Shown in pieces: positions 9,654 to 20,059 of a stretch of 64,000 bases of DNA. The DNA lies in assembly GCA_030612045.1 (NCBI GenBank), contig JAUWOP010000002.1, forward strand, positions 5,894-69,893, in the 5' to 3' direction. Below the pieces are notes generated by a model, which was given only the letters and a program-made list of their open reading frames with translations, made no database searches and was not told the origin of the DNA. The translations under genes were made by a program, and so were the position numbers. Position 1 is the stretch's first letter. Every line of letters begins with the position of its first letter. The DNA comes from Chloroflexota bacterium (GTDB taxonomy: Bacteria > Chloroflexota > Dehalococcoidia > UBA2247 > JAUWOP01).

Positions 9654-11180
9654 GTGGTGATTGCAAAGGTAAACTCTGCTGCTGTGGTTGGTATTGAGGG
9701 GCGATTGGTTGAGGTAGAGGCAGATATTTCGAGTGGATTGCCCTCAATGACCATCGTAGGCTTACCTGATACTGCAGTGCAGGAAGCAAGAGAACGGGTA
9801 CGCTCTGCTATTAGAAACTCTGGTTATATCTTTCCCAACCGCAGGATAACGGTTAATCTTGCTCCTGCTGACCTTAAGAAAGAGGGCCCTGCCTATGACT
9901 TGCCTATAGCTGTAGGCATCCTGCTCAGCTCTGAACAGGTGAGCGCTGATGTATCTCAGATATTCTTCCTGGGTGAGCTTTCCCTCAATGGTAAGGTGCG
10001 CCACACCTATGGTATTCTCCCCATGACGGCTCTCGCTAAAGAGCATGGGCTCTCTCAGGTTTTTGTGCCTGCTGAGGATGCCTTTGAAGCCTCTCTGATA
10101 GACGGGATGCAGGTATTCCCGGTGAATTCGTTGGCTGAGGTGTTGGGACATCTGCGGGGAGAAAATCCCATTCCGCTATATGTCCCACCCCCGATTACGG
10201 AGAGGCAGAGTCCTCAGTATGAGCGAGCTATTGACCTCACACATATCAAGGGGCAGGAGCACATTAAGCGGGCGCTGGAGGTGGCTGCTGCTGGAGGACA
10301 TAACATGCTGATGAGTGGGCCACCGGGCAGTGGTAAGACAATGCTTGCCCGTGCTCTCCCATCCATCCTCCCTGAGATGAGCTCTGAGGAGTCACTGGAT
10401 GTTACCAGAATATACAGTGTGAGCGGGCTTCTTCCCCATGATGTTCCTCTGATTACTCAGCGTCCCTTCCGTGCCCCTCATTACACTATCTCTCATGCTG
10501 GATTAGTAGGAGGGGGACGCTGGCCCCGACCGGGTGAGGTAAGCCTGAGTCATCGAGGAGTGCTTTTCCTGGATGAACTTCCTGAATTTGGCCGCTCGGT
10601 GCTGGAAGTGCTGCGCCAACCTCTGGAGGATAAGGTGGTAACCATCAGTCGCGCTCAGGGGGTTATTACCTTCCCTGCTAATTTTATGCTGGTAGCTGCC
10701 ATGAATCCTTGCCCCTGTGGCTACTATGGAGACCCTGTGAAGGAGTGCCGCTGTTCCCCGAGAGAAATATCTCGATACCAGAGGCGAATCAGTGGACCTT
10801 TATTAGACAGGATTGATATATTCGGTGAGGTTCCTCGCGTGGAATATGAGAAACTTGTAGATGAACGACAGGGGGAAACCTCTGAACAAGTCAGAGCCAG
10901 GGTTGAGACAGCACGGAATATTCAGAGGGAGCGTCTCAGTAAGTCAGGACTTATTTGTAATGCGGAGATGACTCCACTGGAGGTGCGTGATTTTTGTCAG
11001 GTTAACCCTACATCTCAGAGTTTGCTCCGTACAGCGATGAGTCAGTTCTCATTATCCGCGCGTGCCTTCCATCGTATCCTTAAACTTGCTCGTACTATAG
11101 CAGACCTTGATGGTGCTGATATAATCAAGACGCACCATCTGGCAGAGGCATTGCAGTATCGTCCCAGGGGTTTGATGTAA
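9654..11180 (+). CDS. comM: YifB/ComM family Mg-chelatase-like AAA+ ATPase
   Basis: Lon-protease-like N-terminal domain ([15 protein letters not shown]...), Walker A GPPGSGKT, and a C-terminal ChlI domain. Confidence 0.85.
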   Translation: MVIAKVNSAAVVGIEGRLVEVEADISSGLPSMTIVGLPDTAVQEARERVRSAIRNSGYIFPNRRITVNLAPADLKKEGPAYDLPIAVGILLSSEQVSADVSQIFFLGELSLNGKVRHTYGILPMTALAKEHGLSQVFVPAEDAFEASLIDGMQVFPVNSLAEVLGHLRGENPIPLYVPPPITERQSPQYERAIDLTHIKGQEHIKRALEVAAAGGHNMLMSGPPGSGKTMLARALPSILPEMSSEESLDVTRIYSVSGLLPHDVPLITQRPFRAPHYTISHAGLVGGGRWPRPGEVSLSHRGVLFLDELPEFGRSVLEVLRQPLEDKVVTISRAQGVITFPANFMLVAAMNPCPCGYYGDPVKECRCSPREISRYQRRISGPLLDRIDIFGEVPRVEYEKLVDERQGETSEQVRARVETARNIQRERLSKSGLICNAEMTPLEVRDFCQVNPTSQSLLRTAMSQFSLSARAFHRILKLARTIADLDGADIIKTHHLAEALQYRPRGLM

Positions 11181-11241
11181 CACGGGCATTGGACTCTCAA
11201 CTCGATAGAATTTCTCAAGGGATGAGTAGGAGGGAAATCCT

Positions 11242-11925
11242 ATGACTATAGACAGGGTGGTTGTCAGTTGTGAAGAGGCAGTGGCAGATATTCCAGATGG
11301 CGCTACCATCCTGTTTGGTGGAGTAGCAGCCAGAGGCACACCCGATCACCTGATTGTAGCACTAGCTAGAAAAGGCACCAGGGATATAACGGCCATAACT
11401 ATTGAGTGTACTGGTGGATGGGGTTCCTCCGATGATATATCTCTTCTAATTGAGACAGGACAAGTTAAAAAGGTGATCACTTCCTACGCCGTCTCAATCG
11501 TGCTCTCAAAAATCAACGCTTTTGAGAGGAGGTATCGAGAGGGGGACATTGAATTGGAGATGGTTCCCTTCGGTACGATGGCAGAAAGGATTCGCTGTGC
11601 GGGAGCAGGTCTGGGAGGGGTCTACGTGCCTACAGGGGTAGGCACGCTTATGGAGGAGGGAAAGGAAAAGAGGGTCATCAATGGTAAAGAGTATCTCCTT
11701 GAGTTGCCTCTACACGCCGATTTTACCCTGATTAAAGCCTACAAGGCTGACAGGATGGGTAACCTGACCTACAGGGTATCAGCGAGAAATATGAACCCAG
11801 TTATGGCAACGGCAGCTCGAGTAACCATTGCCGAGGTTGAGGAGATTATAGAGACAGGGAAACTTGACCCCGAAACTATTGTTACCCCGGCAATTTATGT
11901 ACACCGTGTAGTAGAAATACGCTGA
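11242..11925 (+). CDS. 3-oxoacid CoA-transferase subunit A
   Basis: Glutaconate/3-oxoacid CoA-transferase A signature, adjacent to subunit B. Confidence 0.8.
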   Translation: MTIDRVVVSCEEAVADIPDGATILFGGVAARGTPDHLIVALARKGTRDITAITIECTGGWGSSDDISLLIETGQVKKVITSYAVSIVLSKINAFERRYREGDIELEMVPFGTMAERIRCAGAGLGGVYVPTGVGTLMEEGKEKRVINGKEYLLELPLHADFTLIKAYKADRMGNLTYRVSARNMNPVMATAARVTIAEVEEIIETGKLDPETIVTPAIYVHRVVEIR

Positions 11926-11939
11926 AGGGGAAGACAGCC

Positions 11940-12605
11940 ATGATGAAGAATAGGCTAAGTGAAGAGACAATCGCTATGCGAGTAGCTAAGGAGATTGAAG
12001 ACGGTTTTTTTATCAATCTAGGGATTGGTATCCCTACTCTGGTCTCCGATTTCGTTCCTGAAGATAGGATGGTGATGTTCCAGTCGGAGAATGGTATTCT
12101 AGGTATGGGGGGACTCTTCCCTGCAGGAGAGGGAGACTTCGACCTGGCTAATATGTCCGGGCAGTCCGTAAAGCTCGTGCCTGGCGCCTCTTTCTTCGAT
12201 TGTGTCTACTCCTTCGACATGATTAGAGGCAAACATCTCGATGCGGCTGTATTGGGGGGATTTCAGGTATCAGAGAAGGGTGACCTGTCGAACTGGATGC
12301 TGAACGAGAGAAAAGTGGGTGGGGTAGGAGGGGCAATGGATGTAGCAGTAGGTGCCAAGAGGCTTTTCATCGCCATGACGCATACTGATAAGAACGGGAA
12401 TGCCAAAATAGTCAAGGAATGCACCCAGCCTGTTACCGCCCAAAGGTGTGTAAACACAATATTTACCGACTTGGCGGTTATTGAGGTAACTGAGGAAGGG
12501 CTATTACTGAAAGAAATAGCCCCCGGTTGGCAGGTAGAGGAGGTTCAAGCACTCACTGAACCCAGGCTTCTAGTAAGTAGCGACCTTAGAGAGATTACCC
12601 TCTAG
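11940..12605 (+). CDS. 3-oxoacid CoA-transferase subunit B
   Basis: ENGxLGxG motif (SENGILGMGG) carrying the catalytic Glu. Confidence 0.8.
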   Translation: MMKNRLSEETIAMRVAKEIEDGFFINLGIGIPTLVSDFVPEDRMVMFQSENGILGMGGLFPAGEGDFDLANMSGQSVKLVPGASFFDCVYSFDMIRGKHLDAAVLGGFQVSEKGDLSNWMLNERKVGGVGGAMDVAVGAKRLFIAMTHTDKNGNAKIVKECTQPVTAQRCVNTIFTDLAVIEVTEEGLLLKEIAPGWQVEEVQALTEPRLLVSSDLREITL

Positions 12606-12750
12606 TGTAGTGTAATTGTAATAACTATACAGTTTGTCATTCCGTGCTTGACACGGAATCCATCCCTGGACCTTCTGGATTCCCGCTTTCGCGGGAATGA
12701 CATGGGGCGCTTCATTGTCGAGTCATTTAGGAGACACTACACTAGAAGTA
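12601..12750. repeat. MITE-like element (family B): perfect 11-bp terminal inverted repeats CTAGTGTAGTG/CACTACACTAG flank a two-hairpin core TGTCATTCCgtg..cacGGAATCC...GATTCCCGCtttcGCGGGAATGACATGGGG
   Basis: A near-identical copy including the flanks lies at 43030-43206. Core variants lie at 57145-57215, 61201-61267 and 25847-25886 (inside a CDS). Confidence 0.8.
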
Positions 12751-12843
12751 TCATGTTGACACTACTACCTCTTGTTGTTATCCTTTACGATTAGTAATTG
12801 TCTGAGAGAGCAACCTGATACATTCGAAGAATTAAGAGGAACT

Positions 12844-13257
12844 ATGATTTGCCCGGTATGTAAGGAAGATATGATTGTGGTAGAGCACGAGAGAATCGAG
12901 CTTGACTACTGTGTGAAGTGCTTCGGTGTTTGGTTTGATGCCGGAGAGCTAGAACTCCTGCTTGAATCCCTGGGACTAGAGGAGTCAGGATTTCGGATGG
13001 AGGAGATAATGGCTCTGCCTGAGAAGAGAGCAACTGAGGAGGTGCGCAAGTGCCCCATCTGCAGGAAGAAGATGCGGAAGGTTACCATCGGTCATACCCC
13101 TGCGGTGCTCATCGATGCCTGCCCTCAGGGAGATGGACTGTGGTTCGACGGTGGTGAGGTAAATCAGGTTATAAGGCAGCTTGTGGACACTTCCCCTGGT
13201 GATACACAGGGGCAGGTTGTCACCTTTCTGGGAGAGGTTTTTAAGGCTAGAGAATAG
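12844..13257 (+). CDS. tandem zinc-ribbon (zf-TFIIB-like) protein
   Basis: Two CPxC...CxxC modules (MICPVCKED...CVKCFGVWFD; CPICRKKM...CPQGDGLWFD). Confidence 0.5.
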   Translation: MICPVCKEDMIVVEHERIELDYCVKCFGVWFDAGELELLLESLGLEESGFRMEEIMALPEKRATEEVRKCPICRKKMRKVTIGHTPAVLIDACPQGDGLWFDGGEVNQVIRQLVDTSPGDTQGQVVTFLGEVFKARE

Positions 13258-13365
13258 CACTATTATGGTCTCCTCTCCCCTTCGGGGTAGACTAACTGAC
13301 ATCAGTTAATCTATTATTCTAATGAGTAGAGTGTTAGGGTGAACTGTTTATTTTGGAGGTAGGAT

Positions 13366-13923
13366 ATGGTCTATATCATTATTGGGGTTGTTGTTGTCCT
13401 GATTGGACTATTTGTGCTTGCCTATAATGGGCTGGTGCGGTTGCGCAATCAGATGAAAAATTCCTGGTCTCAGATTGATGTACAGCTCAAGAGGCGGCAT
13501 GACCTGATACCCAATTTGGTAGAGACAGCCAAGGGGTATATGACCCACGAGAGGGAGACACTGGAGAGTGTAACCAATGCCAGGAACCTGGCGCACCAAA
13601 CTAGCGGTGGTGGTGTAGCCGAGCAGGCAAAGTCTGAGCAAGCACTCAGTGGAGCATTGAGCCGCTTCTTTGCTGTTGTGGAGAGGTATCCTGACCTCAA
13701 AGCCAATCAGAACTTCCTTGCCTTGCAGGAAGAGCTTACCTCGACTGAGAACAAGATAAGCTTTGCTCGCCAGTATTACAATGATACAGTCTTAAATTAT
13801 AACAATAAGACTCAGGCAATCCCTACTAATATTGTGGCTAGTATTGGTAAGTTCAAATCGGGAGAATTCTTTGAACTGGAAGCACCGGCAGAGCGAGAGG
13901 TTCCTAAGGTAAGCTTCTCGTAA
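13366..13923 (+). CDS. lemA: LemA family protein
   Basis: N-terminal TM helix followed by NGLVRLRNQMKNSWSQIDVQLKRRHDLIPNLVE, the LemA signature. Confidence 0.8.
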   Translation: MVYIIIGVVVVLIGLFVLAYNGLVRLRNQMKNSWSQIDVQLKRRHDLIPNLVETAKGYMTHERETLESVTNARNLAHQTSGGGVAEQAKSEQALSGALSRFFAVVERYPDLKANQNFLALQEELTSTENKISFARQYYNDTVLNYNNKTQAIPTNIVASIGKFKSGEFFELEAPAEREVPKVSFS

Positions 13924-14005
13924 TAGAGTTATAGAGTTCATAGAGTTATAGAGTTTGTTGAGTTGGGGGGGAACTCAATGAACTCAACAACCTGAGTAGT
14001 TACTG
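13922..14005. repeat. intergenic repeat family C (AGAGTTATAGAGTT tandem motifs + GGGGAACTCAATGAACTCAA)
   Basis: Related copies lie at 20905-20935 and 25003-25090. The element ends in a CCTGAGTAGTTAC family-D fragment. Confidence 0.7.
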
Positions 14006-14044
14006 CGAATTTGCATCGGATTATACAGGAGAGCATAAATACCC

Positions 14045-15256
14045 ATGTGGGAGCAAATTAGAGCCAACAGGATAAAATCAACAGGGTTGGTGATAGGCAT
14101 GGCTTGCCTGCTTTTCATTATAGGTTACTTTGTAGGGATACTAGTTTTGGGGTCACCACTTGCTGGTCTCATCATAGCCTTAATAATATGGATTATAATG
14201 ACCCTTGTTGCCTATTATCAGGGCAACAGCATTTTCCTTTCAATATCGAAGGCGAAGAAAATAAGCCATAAGGACCATCCCCAGCTCTTCAATATAGTAG
14301 AAGAGATGAAGATTGCTTCAGGGCTCCCTGTTATGCCAGAGATATATATTATTGATGACCCTGCTCCTAATGCCTTTGCCACAGGCAGGGACCCTCAGCA
14401 TGCTGCTGTGGCAGTCACTTCAGGATTGCTGCAAAGACTCAACCGCGACGAGCTACAGGGTGTGATTGCCCATGAGATGTCACACATTAAGAACCGTGAT
14501 GTTCTCCTAATGATGATGTCTGGGGTCATGATGGGAAGCATCATTATACTTGCCGACATAGCCTTGTGGTATCTTATTTTGGGAGGTGGTCGTTCCGGAC
14601 GGCGTTCCTCCTCATCGGGAGGTGGAGGACAGGCACAACTTATCATACTGGTAGTGGGGATAGTGTTCATAATCCTTGCTCCTATTCTGGCTCAATTGCT
14701 CTACTTCGCTATCTCTCGTAAGAGAGAATACATGGCTGATGCCTCGGCAGCGTTATTTACTAGATACCCTGAGGGACTGGCTTCAGCCCTGGAGAAGATA
14801 TCCTCATCCCCTGCCAAGCTAGCTTCAGCCAACCGTACTACTGCACCCATGTATATTATCAATCCACTTAAGAGGAAGGGGAAGAAAGCCAGCGACCTTA
14901 CCAGTACTCATCCACCAATCTCTGAGAGAATAAGGATACTGCGGAGCATGGGGGGTGGCAGTTCGCTGTTAGATTACGAGAGCGCGTTTGAGCAGGCTCA
15001 TAAAGGGGGAGGCAGGATTATGCCTGCTTCTGCTCTCGCCGGAGTATCTCCTCTTACCGCGCGTGAGCCAGGTGCAGCAGTGGAGCCATCGAAGATTGAC
15101 AGGGCAAGAGAAACATCAGATCTTATGTGGAAGCTTAACCAGTATAGCTCCTTAACCTGTGCCTGTGGGACAAAATTCAAGATTCCACCCAAGTTTAAGG
15201 CTGCTACCATCAAGTGCCCTCATTGTGGGGTGATTAATCACATACCTGGCAGGTAG
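14045..15256 (+). CDS. HtpX-like M48 zinc metalloprotease with C-terminal zinc-ribbon
   Basis: TM helices, HEMSHIKNRD (HExxH) and a downstream Glu. The C-terminus has CACGTKF...CPHCG. The LemA-M48 pairing is a common two-gene module. Confidence 0.8.
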   Translation: MWEQIRANRIKSTGLVIGMACLLFIIGYFVGILVLGSPLAGLIIALIIWIIMTLVAYYQGNSIFLSISKAKKISHKDHPQLFNIVEEMKIASGLPVMPEIYIIDDPAPNAFATGRDPQHAAVAVTSGLLQRLNRDELQGVIAHEMSHIKNRDVLLMMMSGVMMGSIIILADIALWYLILGGGRSGRRSSSSGGGGQAQLIILVVGIVFIILAPILAQLLYFAISRKREYMADASAALFTRYPEGLASALEKISSSPAKLASANRTTAPMYIINPLKRKGKKASDLTSTHPPISERIRILRSMGGGSSLLDYESAFEQAHKGGGRIMPASALAGVSPLTAREPGAAVEPSKIDRARETSDLMWKLNQYSSLTCACGTKFKIPPKFKAATIKCPHCGVINHIPGR

Positions 15257-15287
15257 AATCATCCTTCCAAGCACATCGTAGCCAGAA

Positions 15288-15305
15288 GGTGGGTTTTCAC
15301 CCACC
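15288..15305 (+). terminator. GC hairpin GGTGGGT-tttc-ACCCACC downstream of the htpX-like gene
   Basis: 7-bp perfect stem 32 nt after the stop codon. No strong U-tract follows. Confidence 0.3.
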
Positions 15306-16080
15306 CTACGAAATCTTCACTGCTCGAAGTCTGGCAGCGCCGCAGCAAGCTCTTGGAAGAGACAATCCCTCTGCTCTACGTTGAGGGATTGTCGACGAGA
15401 GACTTCAAACGAGCTCTCAGTCCGCTATGGGGTAAGAGCGGTCTCTCCCACTCCAGTGTTTCACGGGCGAATAAAGCCCTCAAGGAGGCCTTCAACAACT
15501 GGCATCACCGTGACCTATCCCTCAAGGAGATAATTTTCCTCTTTCTGGACGGCATCTACCTGGGGGTAGGGGGTAACAGCCGCAATAGGGAAGCTGTGCT
15601 GGTAGCCCACGGTATTACTAGCGAAGGGAAACGGGTAGTCCTGCACCTGAGCCTCGGGGGCAGGGAGAGCACCGAGTCATGGAAGGGAGTGCTAAATGAC
15701 CTGGTGGGGGGCGTGGCTTAAGGCGGCCTCAGCTATTCATTACTGATGGTAACCAGGGGCTGCTTAGGGCGATAAAAGATGTCTGGACGATGCCCGGGAT
15801 GAAGCCAAGCAGTTTCTGTCCCGTTACAGCAGGGAGGTCCCCACTGCTTGTGAGACCTTAGCCAGACACATCGAGGAATGCCTCACCTTCTATCGCTTCC
15901 CTGAGCGTCACTGGAAACACATCCGCACCAGTAATGTCATTGAACGAGCCTTTAAGGAGGTTAAGAGAAGGACCAGTGTGGTTGGTCGCTTTCCGAATGA
16001 AACCTCGGCCCTGGTGATGGTTTTCAGTATTCCGAATGAGGAGCGGTTGAAGTGGCAGAAAGTCAGGATGAGGGCTTGAG
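15290..16080 (+). pseudogene. IS256-family (mutator-type) transposase remnant, 5'-truncated and frameshifted
   Basis: The ORF fragment LYVEGLSTRDF...IFLFLDGIYLGV...LVAHGITSEGKRVV is the IS256 transposase middle region. The C-terminal part (DAREEAKQFL...FPERHWKHIRTSNVIERAFKEVKRR) continues in another frame at 15720-16080. No N-terminal region and no terminal inverted repeats were found. Confidence 0.7.
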
Positions 16081-16305
16081 GATATCGCCTGGATAGGGGA
16101 AGCATCAAAGGCATTAGAGCAGGAGCCAATCAGATTGGAATTCTTAGAGGAAGCACTGATTGCTTAAAGGGATTGACTGAGATGGCAGAAGGGTATGGGA
16201 TATGGCCAAGAGAATTTCCACCAGTTATGGGACGCAGCCCCAAAAAGTGTATGTGCAATCTTAATGTGCACTTGTTATAATAAATCTCGTGGAGGTAGCC
16301 AAAGT

Positions 16306-16476
16306 ATGAGAAGCAATTTAAGATGCCCGAAAAGTGATGAAGAATTTGAATATAGATGGCTACCCATGGTATCTTTTCTGAGCATAAGGTGGATGGGGAA
16401 AAGATATATGCGCTGTCCAAAATGCCACAGATTCTCATGGTTTAACGTACGGAGTACGAGAGTTAGTGACAAATAA
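16306..16476 (+). CDS. small zinc-ribbon protein (56 aa) in an AT-rich islet
   Basis: MRSNLRCPKSDEEF...RCPKCHRF carries two CxxC-type pairs. A GGAGG RBS sits 8 nt upstream and a TATAAT-like box (ttgttataataaa) upstream of that. A hairpin follows at 16495-16520. Confidence 0.35.
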   Translation: MRSNLRCPKSDEEFEYRWLPMVSFLSIRWMGKRYMRCPKCHRFSWFNVRSTRVSDK

Positions 16477-16494
16477 ATGAGCGGTAGAACTCTG

Positions 16495-16520
16495 CGGAAA
16501 CCTTCGCGGTTTCCTTGTCT
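16495..16520 (+). terminator. stem-loop GGAAACC-ttcgc-GGTTTCC followed by a T-rich tract
   Basis: Inverted repeat immediately after the small ORF stop. Confidence 0.4.
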
Positions 16521-17166
16521 TGCCTTCCACTCGGGCATATAACATATGTAAACTGGCCATGAGACTTTTTCTGGAGTTGACCGCCCAAATATTGCATTAG
16601 ACGCTTTTCGCATGTAACAAAAGTCCTTAAAGTTGCTACATAGGGGTTAAAAACCAACGAGGGGGGGGTTGGGTGGTCACACAAGCAGGGGGAACACTCT
16701 CGCCCTGAGGGTGTCATGTTACAGTAAGTGCTCCCGCAAGGTCTTTGGAGGCATAGTATCTAAGGTAAGCGTCCACATCATCTGCATCAAGAAGTCCCAT
16801 AACATCTGCATCAGGTCCCATCAAGCCGTAACCGACACTTCCTCCCTCTGTGTAACCGAGGACTGCTATGACATCATAGCTTCCTGCCTGTGAGGAAAGG
16901 TAGGACTGCATTCGATTCCAAACTTCTACCCCGATGCCCAGGGTACGGGTAACCCCTAATGTCCCTACATACCATCGCCCAGGTGACTAGAAGGGTCCCG
17001 AGGTGTACTCACAGAAGCTGCCATTCTGCTTGAGAATGAAACCTACCAGAACACCAGACCCGGGGGCTATGCGCCAATCCTTCGGCTTTGCTCAGGACAA
17101 GTTTATCCAGTGTATCTCAGCCAGGATAGTTCTCTGGCTGGGCACTGTTAGGGGAAGTACAGGGAC

Positions 17167-17195
17167 TTGAAATCGTCCCCGTGGGAGTGTAGTAT
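17167..17195 (+). promoter_or_regulatory. sigma70-like promoter TTGAAA-N17-TAGTAT upstream of the tRNA cluster
   Basis: Consensus-like hexamers with 17-nt spacing, ~33 nt upstream of tRNA-Leu. Confidence 0.35.
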
Positions 17196-17228
17196 ATTCG
17201 AATGTAGAGTAGTTTCGACTAGCTTCCT

Positions 17229-17311
17229 GCCGAAGTGGCGGAATGGCAGACGCGCTACGTTCAGGGCGTAGTGCCCTCAGGGGCATGGGAGTTCAAGTCT
17301 CCCCTTCGGCA
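17229..17311 (+). tRNA. tRNA-Leu (anticodon CAG)
   Basis: Manual cloverleaf. Acceptor GCCGAAG/CTTCGGC, anticodon loop TTCAGGG, long variable arm (type II), T-loop GTTCAAGTC. CCA is not encoded. Confidence 0.8.
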
Positions 17312-17331
17312 TTAAATCAAGGGCTAAGGGA

Positions 17332-17405
17332 GCGCTTGTAGCTCAGTAGGATAGAGCGCAGCCCTGCGGAGGCTGAGGTCGTGGGTTCGAGACCCACCAA
17401 GCGCG
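17332..17405 (+). tRNA. tRNA-Arg (anticodon GCG by manual fold)
   Basis: Acceptor GCGCTTG/CAAGCGC, anticodon stem CAGCC/GGCTG, loop CTGCGGA with U33 and G37, T-loop GTTCGAGAC. Confidence 0.65.
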
Positions 17406-17410
17406 CTAGA

Positions 17411-17483
17411 GGGCGATTAGCTCAGCGGTGAGAGCACCAGTTTTACACACTGGGGGTCAGAGGTTCAAATCCTCTATCGCCCA
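17411..17483 (+). tRNA. tRNA-Val (anticodon TAC)
   Basis: Acceptor GGGCGAT/ATCGCCC, anticodon loop TTTACAC, T-loop GTTCAAATC. Confidence 0.8.
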
Positions 17484-17501
17484 CTTACTCACATAAGGAA
17501 T

Positions 17502-18344
17502 ATGCCCACACTTTACCTTGTTGGCACCCCAATTGGTAATCTGGAGGATATCACTCTACGTGCTCTCCGTATCCTCGATGAGGTGGAGCTTATTGCTGCT
17601 GAGGATACACGCCGAGCACGACAGCTTCTCTCTGCCTATAATATCAAGACCCCTCTAACAAGCTACTATGAATACAGCTCAAGAGCAAAGCTCTCCTCTC
17701 TATTACAGCAACTTCAGGAAAAAGATATAGCTATTATCTCTGAAGCAGGTATGCCAGGGCTGAATGACCCAGGCTACCAGCTTGTTAATGCGGCACTTCA
17801 CCAGGGTATCAGGGTAGAGCCAGTCCCCGGCGCTTCTGCTTTAGTTACTGCCGCAGTAGTTTCCGGATTACCTGTAGAGCAATTCTTATACCTCGGCTTC
17901 CTCCCACGCCGTAAGGAAAAGAGGAGCCAGTTGCTGAAATCAATCATAGCAGAGCCTTACACCATTATAGCCCTTGAAGCTCCCCATCGCATACAATCTA
18001 CTCTAGTTGACCTTTTGGCTATCCTGGGCGATAGACAAATCGCTGTTGCCAGAGAGCTAACCAAGATTCACGAAGAGGTGTTTCATGGTAGAATAAGTGA
18101 AGCCAAGGAATGGTTTTCTCAGCCCAAAGGTGAATTTACCCTCGTCATCGAAGGGAACAGAAGGGAAGATGAGGAGTTCTCTCTTTCCGAGATAGAGGAG
18201 AGATTATCTCAGTTATATCACAAAGGTATTAAAGCCAAAGAAGCAGTTTCTGAGGTAGCAGGGGTAACTGGTTTATCGAAAAGGGAAATCTATGGGATTT
18301 GGGTACATTTATCAGAAACAATACATAAGGAAGAATCACCATAA
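17502..18344 (+). CDS. rsmI: 16S rRNA (cytidine1402-2'-O)-methyltransferase
   Basis: MPTLYLVGTPIGNLEDITLRALRIL...AAEDTRR is the tetrapyrrole-methylase-fold RsmI N-terminus. Confidence 0.85.
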   Translation: MPTLYLVGTPIGNLEDITLRALRILDEVELIAAEDTRRARQLLSAYNIKTPLTSYYEYSSRAKLSSLLQQLQEKDIAIISEAGMPGLNDPGYQLVNAALHQGIRVEPVPGASALVTAAVVSGLPVEQFLYLGFLPRRKEKRSQLLKSIIAEPYTIIALEAPHRIQSTLVDLLAILGDRQIAVARELTKIHEEVFHGRISEAKEWFSQPKGEFTLVIEGNRREDEEFSLSEIEERLSQLYHKGIKAKEAVSEVAGVTGLSKREIYGIWVHLSETIHKEESP

Positions 18345-18394
18345 GGTTACCTGATGGCTGATAGCCAACAGCTAACAGTGAAAAAGGGGGTATC

Positions 18395-20059
18395 TTGGGC
18401 GAAGTAATCTTTATCGGTGTGGCATGGCCCTATGCTAACGGACCCCTGCACCTGGGACATGTTGCTGGCGCTTACCTGCCAGCGGATATTTTTGCTCGGT
18501 ATCATCGTGCTAAGGGTGACAGGGTGCTCATGGTCTCCGGGAGTGACCAGCATGGTACACCGATAACCCTGCGTGCTAAACAAGAGGGTGAGGAACCCCA
18601 GGCAATAGCTGCCAGATACCATCAGAGCTTTCTTCAGTGCTGGGAGAAACTAGGGATAAGCTTTGACCTTTTTACCTCTACAAACACACCTAATCATATG
18701 AAGGTAACCCATGATGTTTTTCTTACCCTGCTCAACAAGGGCTATATTTCTCGGCACACCATGCCACTACCTTACTGCCCTCAATGTAAGCGGTACTTGC
18801 CCGACCGTTATTTAGGAGGCACCTGTCCCTACTGTAATTCCCCCGATGCCCGAGGCGACCAATGCAATACCTGCGGCAAGCCACTAAATTCGGTTGACCT
18901 CATTGCACCCCACTGTCAATTATGCGGCGCTCCCTCCCACGTCAGAGACTCCGAGCACTTCTTTCTTCGTCTTGATGCCTTCCAGGATAGGCTTATCCAA
19001 TGGGTAAAGCAGCAGACTCATTGGAGAGAGAGTGTACGGCACTTTACCATCAACCTTCTGGAAGAAGGATTAAAGAAGCGAGCTATTACCAGGGACATCG
19101 ACTGGGGGGTAACTATACCTCAGCCTGGTTTTGAAAATAAACGAATATATGTGTGGTTTGAAGCGGTCATCGGATATCTCTCTGCGAGTCAGGAATGGGC
19201 ATTATCCCAGGGAGACTCCCAGGGATGGCAGCCCTTTTGGCAGCCAGGGACAAAAAGTTACTACTTTATTGGAAAGGATAACATCCCTTTCCACACCATT
19301 ACCTGGCCTGCAATGTTGATGGGATATGAAGGACTCGCCCTTCCCTATGATGTCCCTGCCAATGAATTTCTTACCTTAGAAGGGAAGCAGTTCTCCACCA
19401 GCCGCAATTGGGCAGTATGGCTACCAGATTACCTGGAGCATTATGCCCCTGACCCTCTGCGATACATGCTATCAATAAATATGCCCGAAGGGGCGGATAC
19501 AGATTTTTCCTGGAGGGAGCTTGTCCGCCGGAATAATGATGAATTAGTGGCTACCTATGGGAATCTAGTGCACCGTGTTCTCACCTTCACTCAGCGTCAG
19601 TTTGGGAGAGAAGTACCTGCTCATGGCGAGTTTGACCCTGTAGACAACGCACTACTACATGAATCAGAAACTACCTTTACAAAAGCGGGCTCTCTTCTTG
19701 ATAAGTGTCACTTTCGAGATAGTATTCAATCTGCAATGTCCCTAGCCCACGAGGCAAATCGCTATCTGGAGAAGAAATCTCCCTGGAAGATGATTAAGCA
19801 AGATAGGCAAGCTACTGCTACATCACTTTATGTTGCTCTCTCTGTAATCTCCTGCCTCAAAACTATACTCTATCCTTTCTTACCTTTTAGCTCCCAGAAG
19901 CTCCATCACCTACTAGGATTTTCCGGGAAAATAGAGGATAGTGGCTGGACTTACCCTGTTTTGCCTCCAGGACAGGAGATGGCACCTCCCGAGCCTCTAT
20001 TCACTAAACTTGATGAAGAGGTAGTAGCGAATGAGACCACCAGGCTAGGAGGAACGTGA
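18395..20059 (+). CDS. metG: methionine--tRNA ligase (short form, no C-terminal tRNA-binding domain)
   Basis: PYANGPLHLGHVAG (HIGH), KMSKS-region analogue, and a zinc knuckle CPQC...CPYC. TTG start with an AAAAAGGGGG RBS. Confidence 0.85.
   Translation: MGEVIFIGVAWPYANGPLHLGHVAGAYLPADIFARYHRAKGDRVLMVSGSDQHGTPITLRAKQEGEEPQAIAARYHQSFLQCWEKLGISFDLFTSTNTPNHMKVTHDVFLTLLNKGYISRHTMPLPYCPQCKRYLPDRYLGGTCPYCNSPDARGDQCNTCGKPLNSVDLIAPHCQLCGAPSHVRDSEHFFLRLDAFQDRLIQWVKQQTHWRESVRHFTINLLEEGLKKRAITRDIDWGVTIPQPGFENKRIYVWFEAVIGYLSASQEWALSQGDSQGWQPFWQPGTKSYYFIGKDNIPFHTITWPAMLMGYEGLALPYDVPANEFLTLEGKQFSTSRNWAVWLPDYLEHYAPDPLRYMLSINMPEGADTDFSWRELVRRNNDELVATYGNLVHRVLTFTQRQFGREVPAHGEFDPVDNALLHESETTFTKAGSLLDKCHFRDSIQSAMSLAHEANRYLEKKSPWKMIKQDRQATATSLYVALSVISCLKTILYPFLPFSSQKLHHLLGFSGKIEDSGWTYPVLPPGQEMAPPEPLFTKLDEEVVANETTRLGGT

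Noticed and set aside
16520-17160. ORFs 16714-16911(-) and 17092-17286(-) in the region between the AT-rich islet and the tRNAs
   Set aside because: No RBS, no motifs, poor codon periodicity, and 17092-17286 overlaps tRNA-Leu. Treated as non-coding or decayed sequence.
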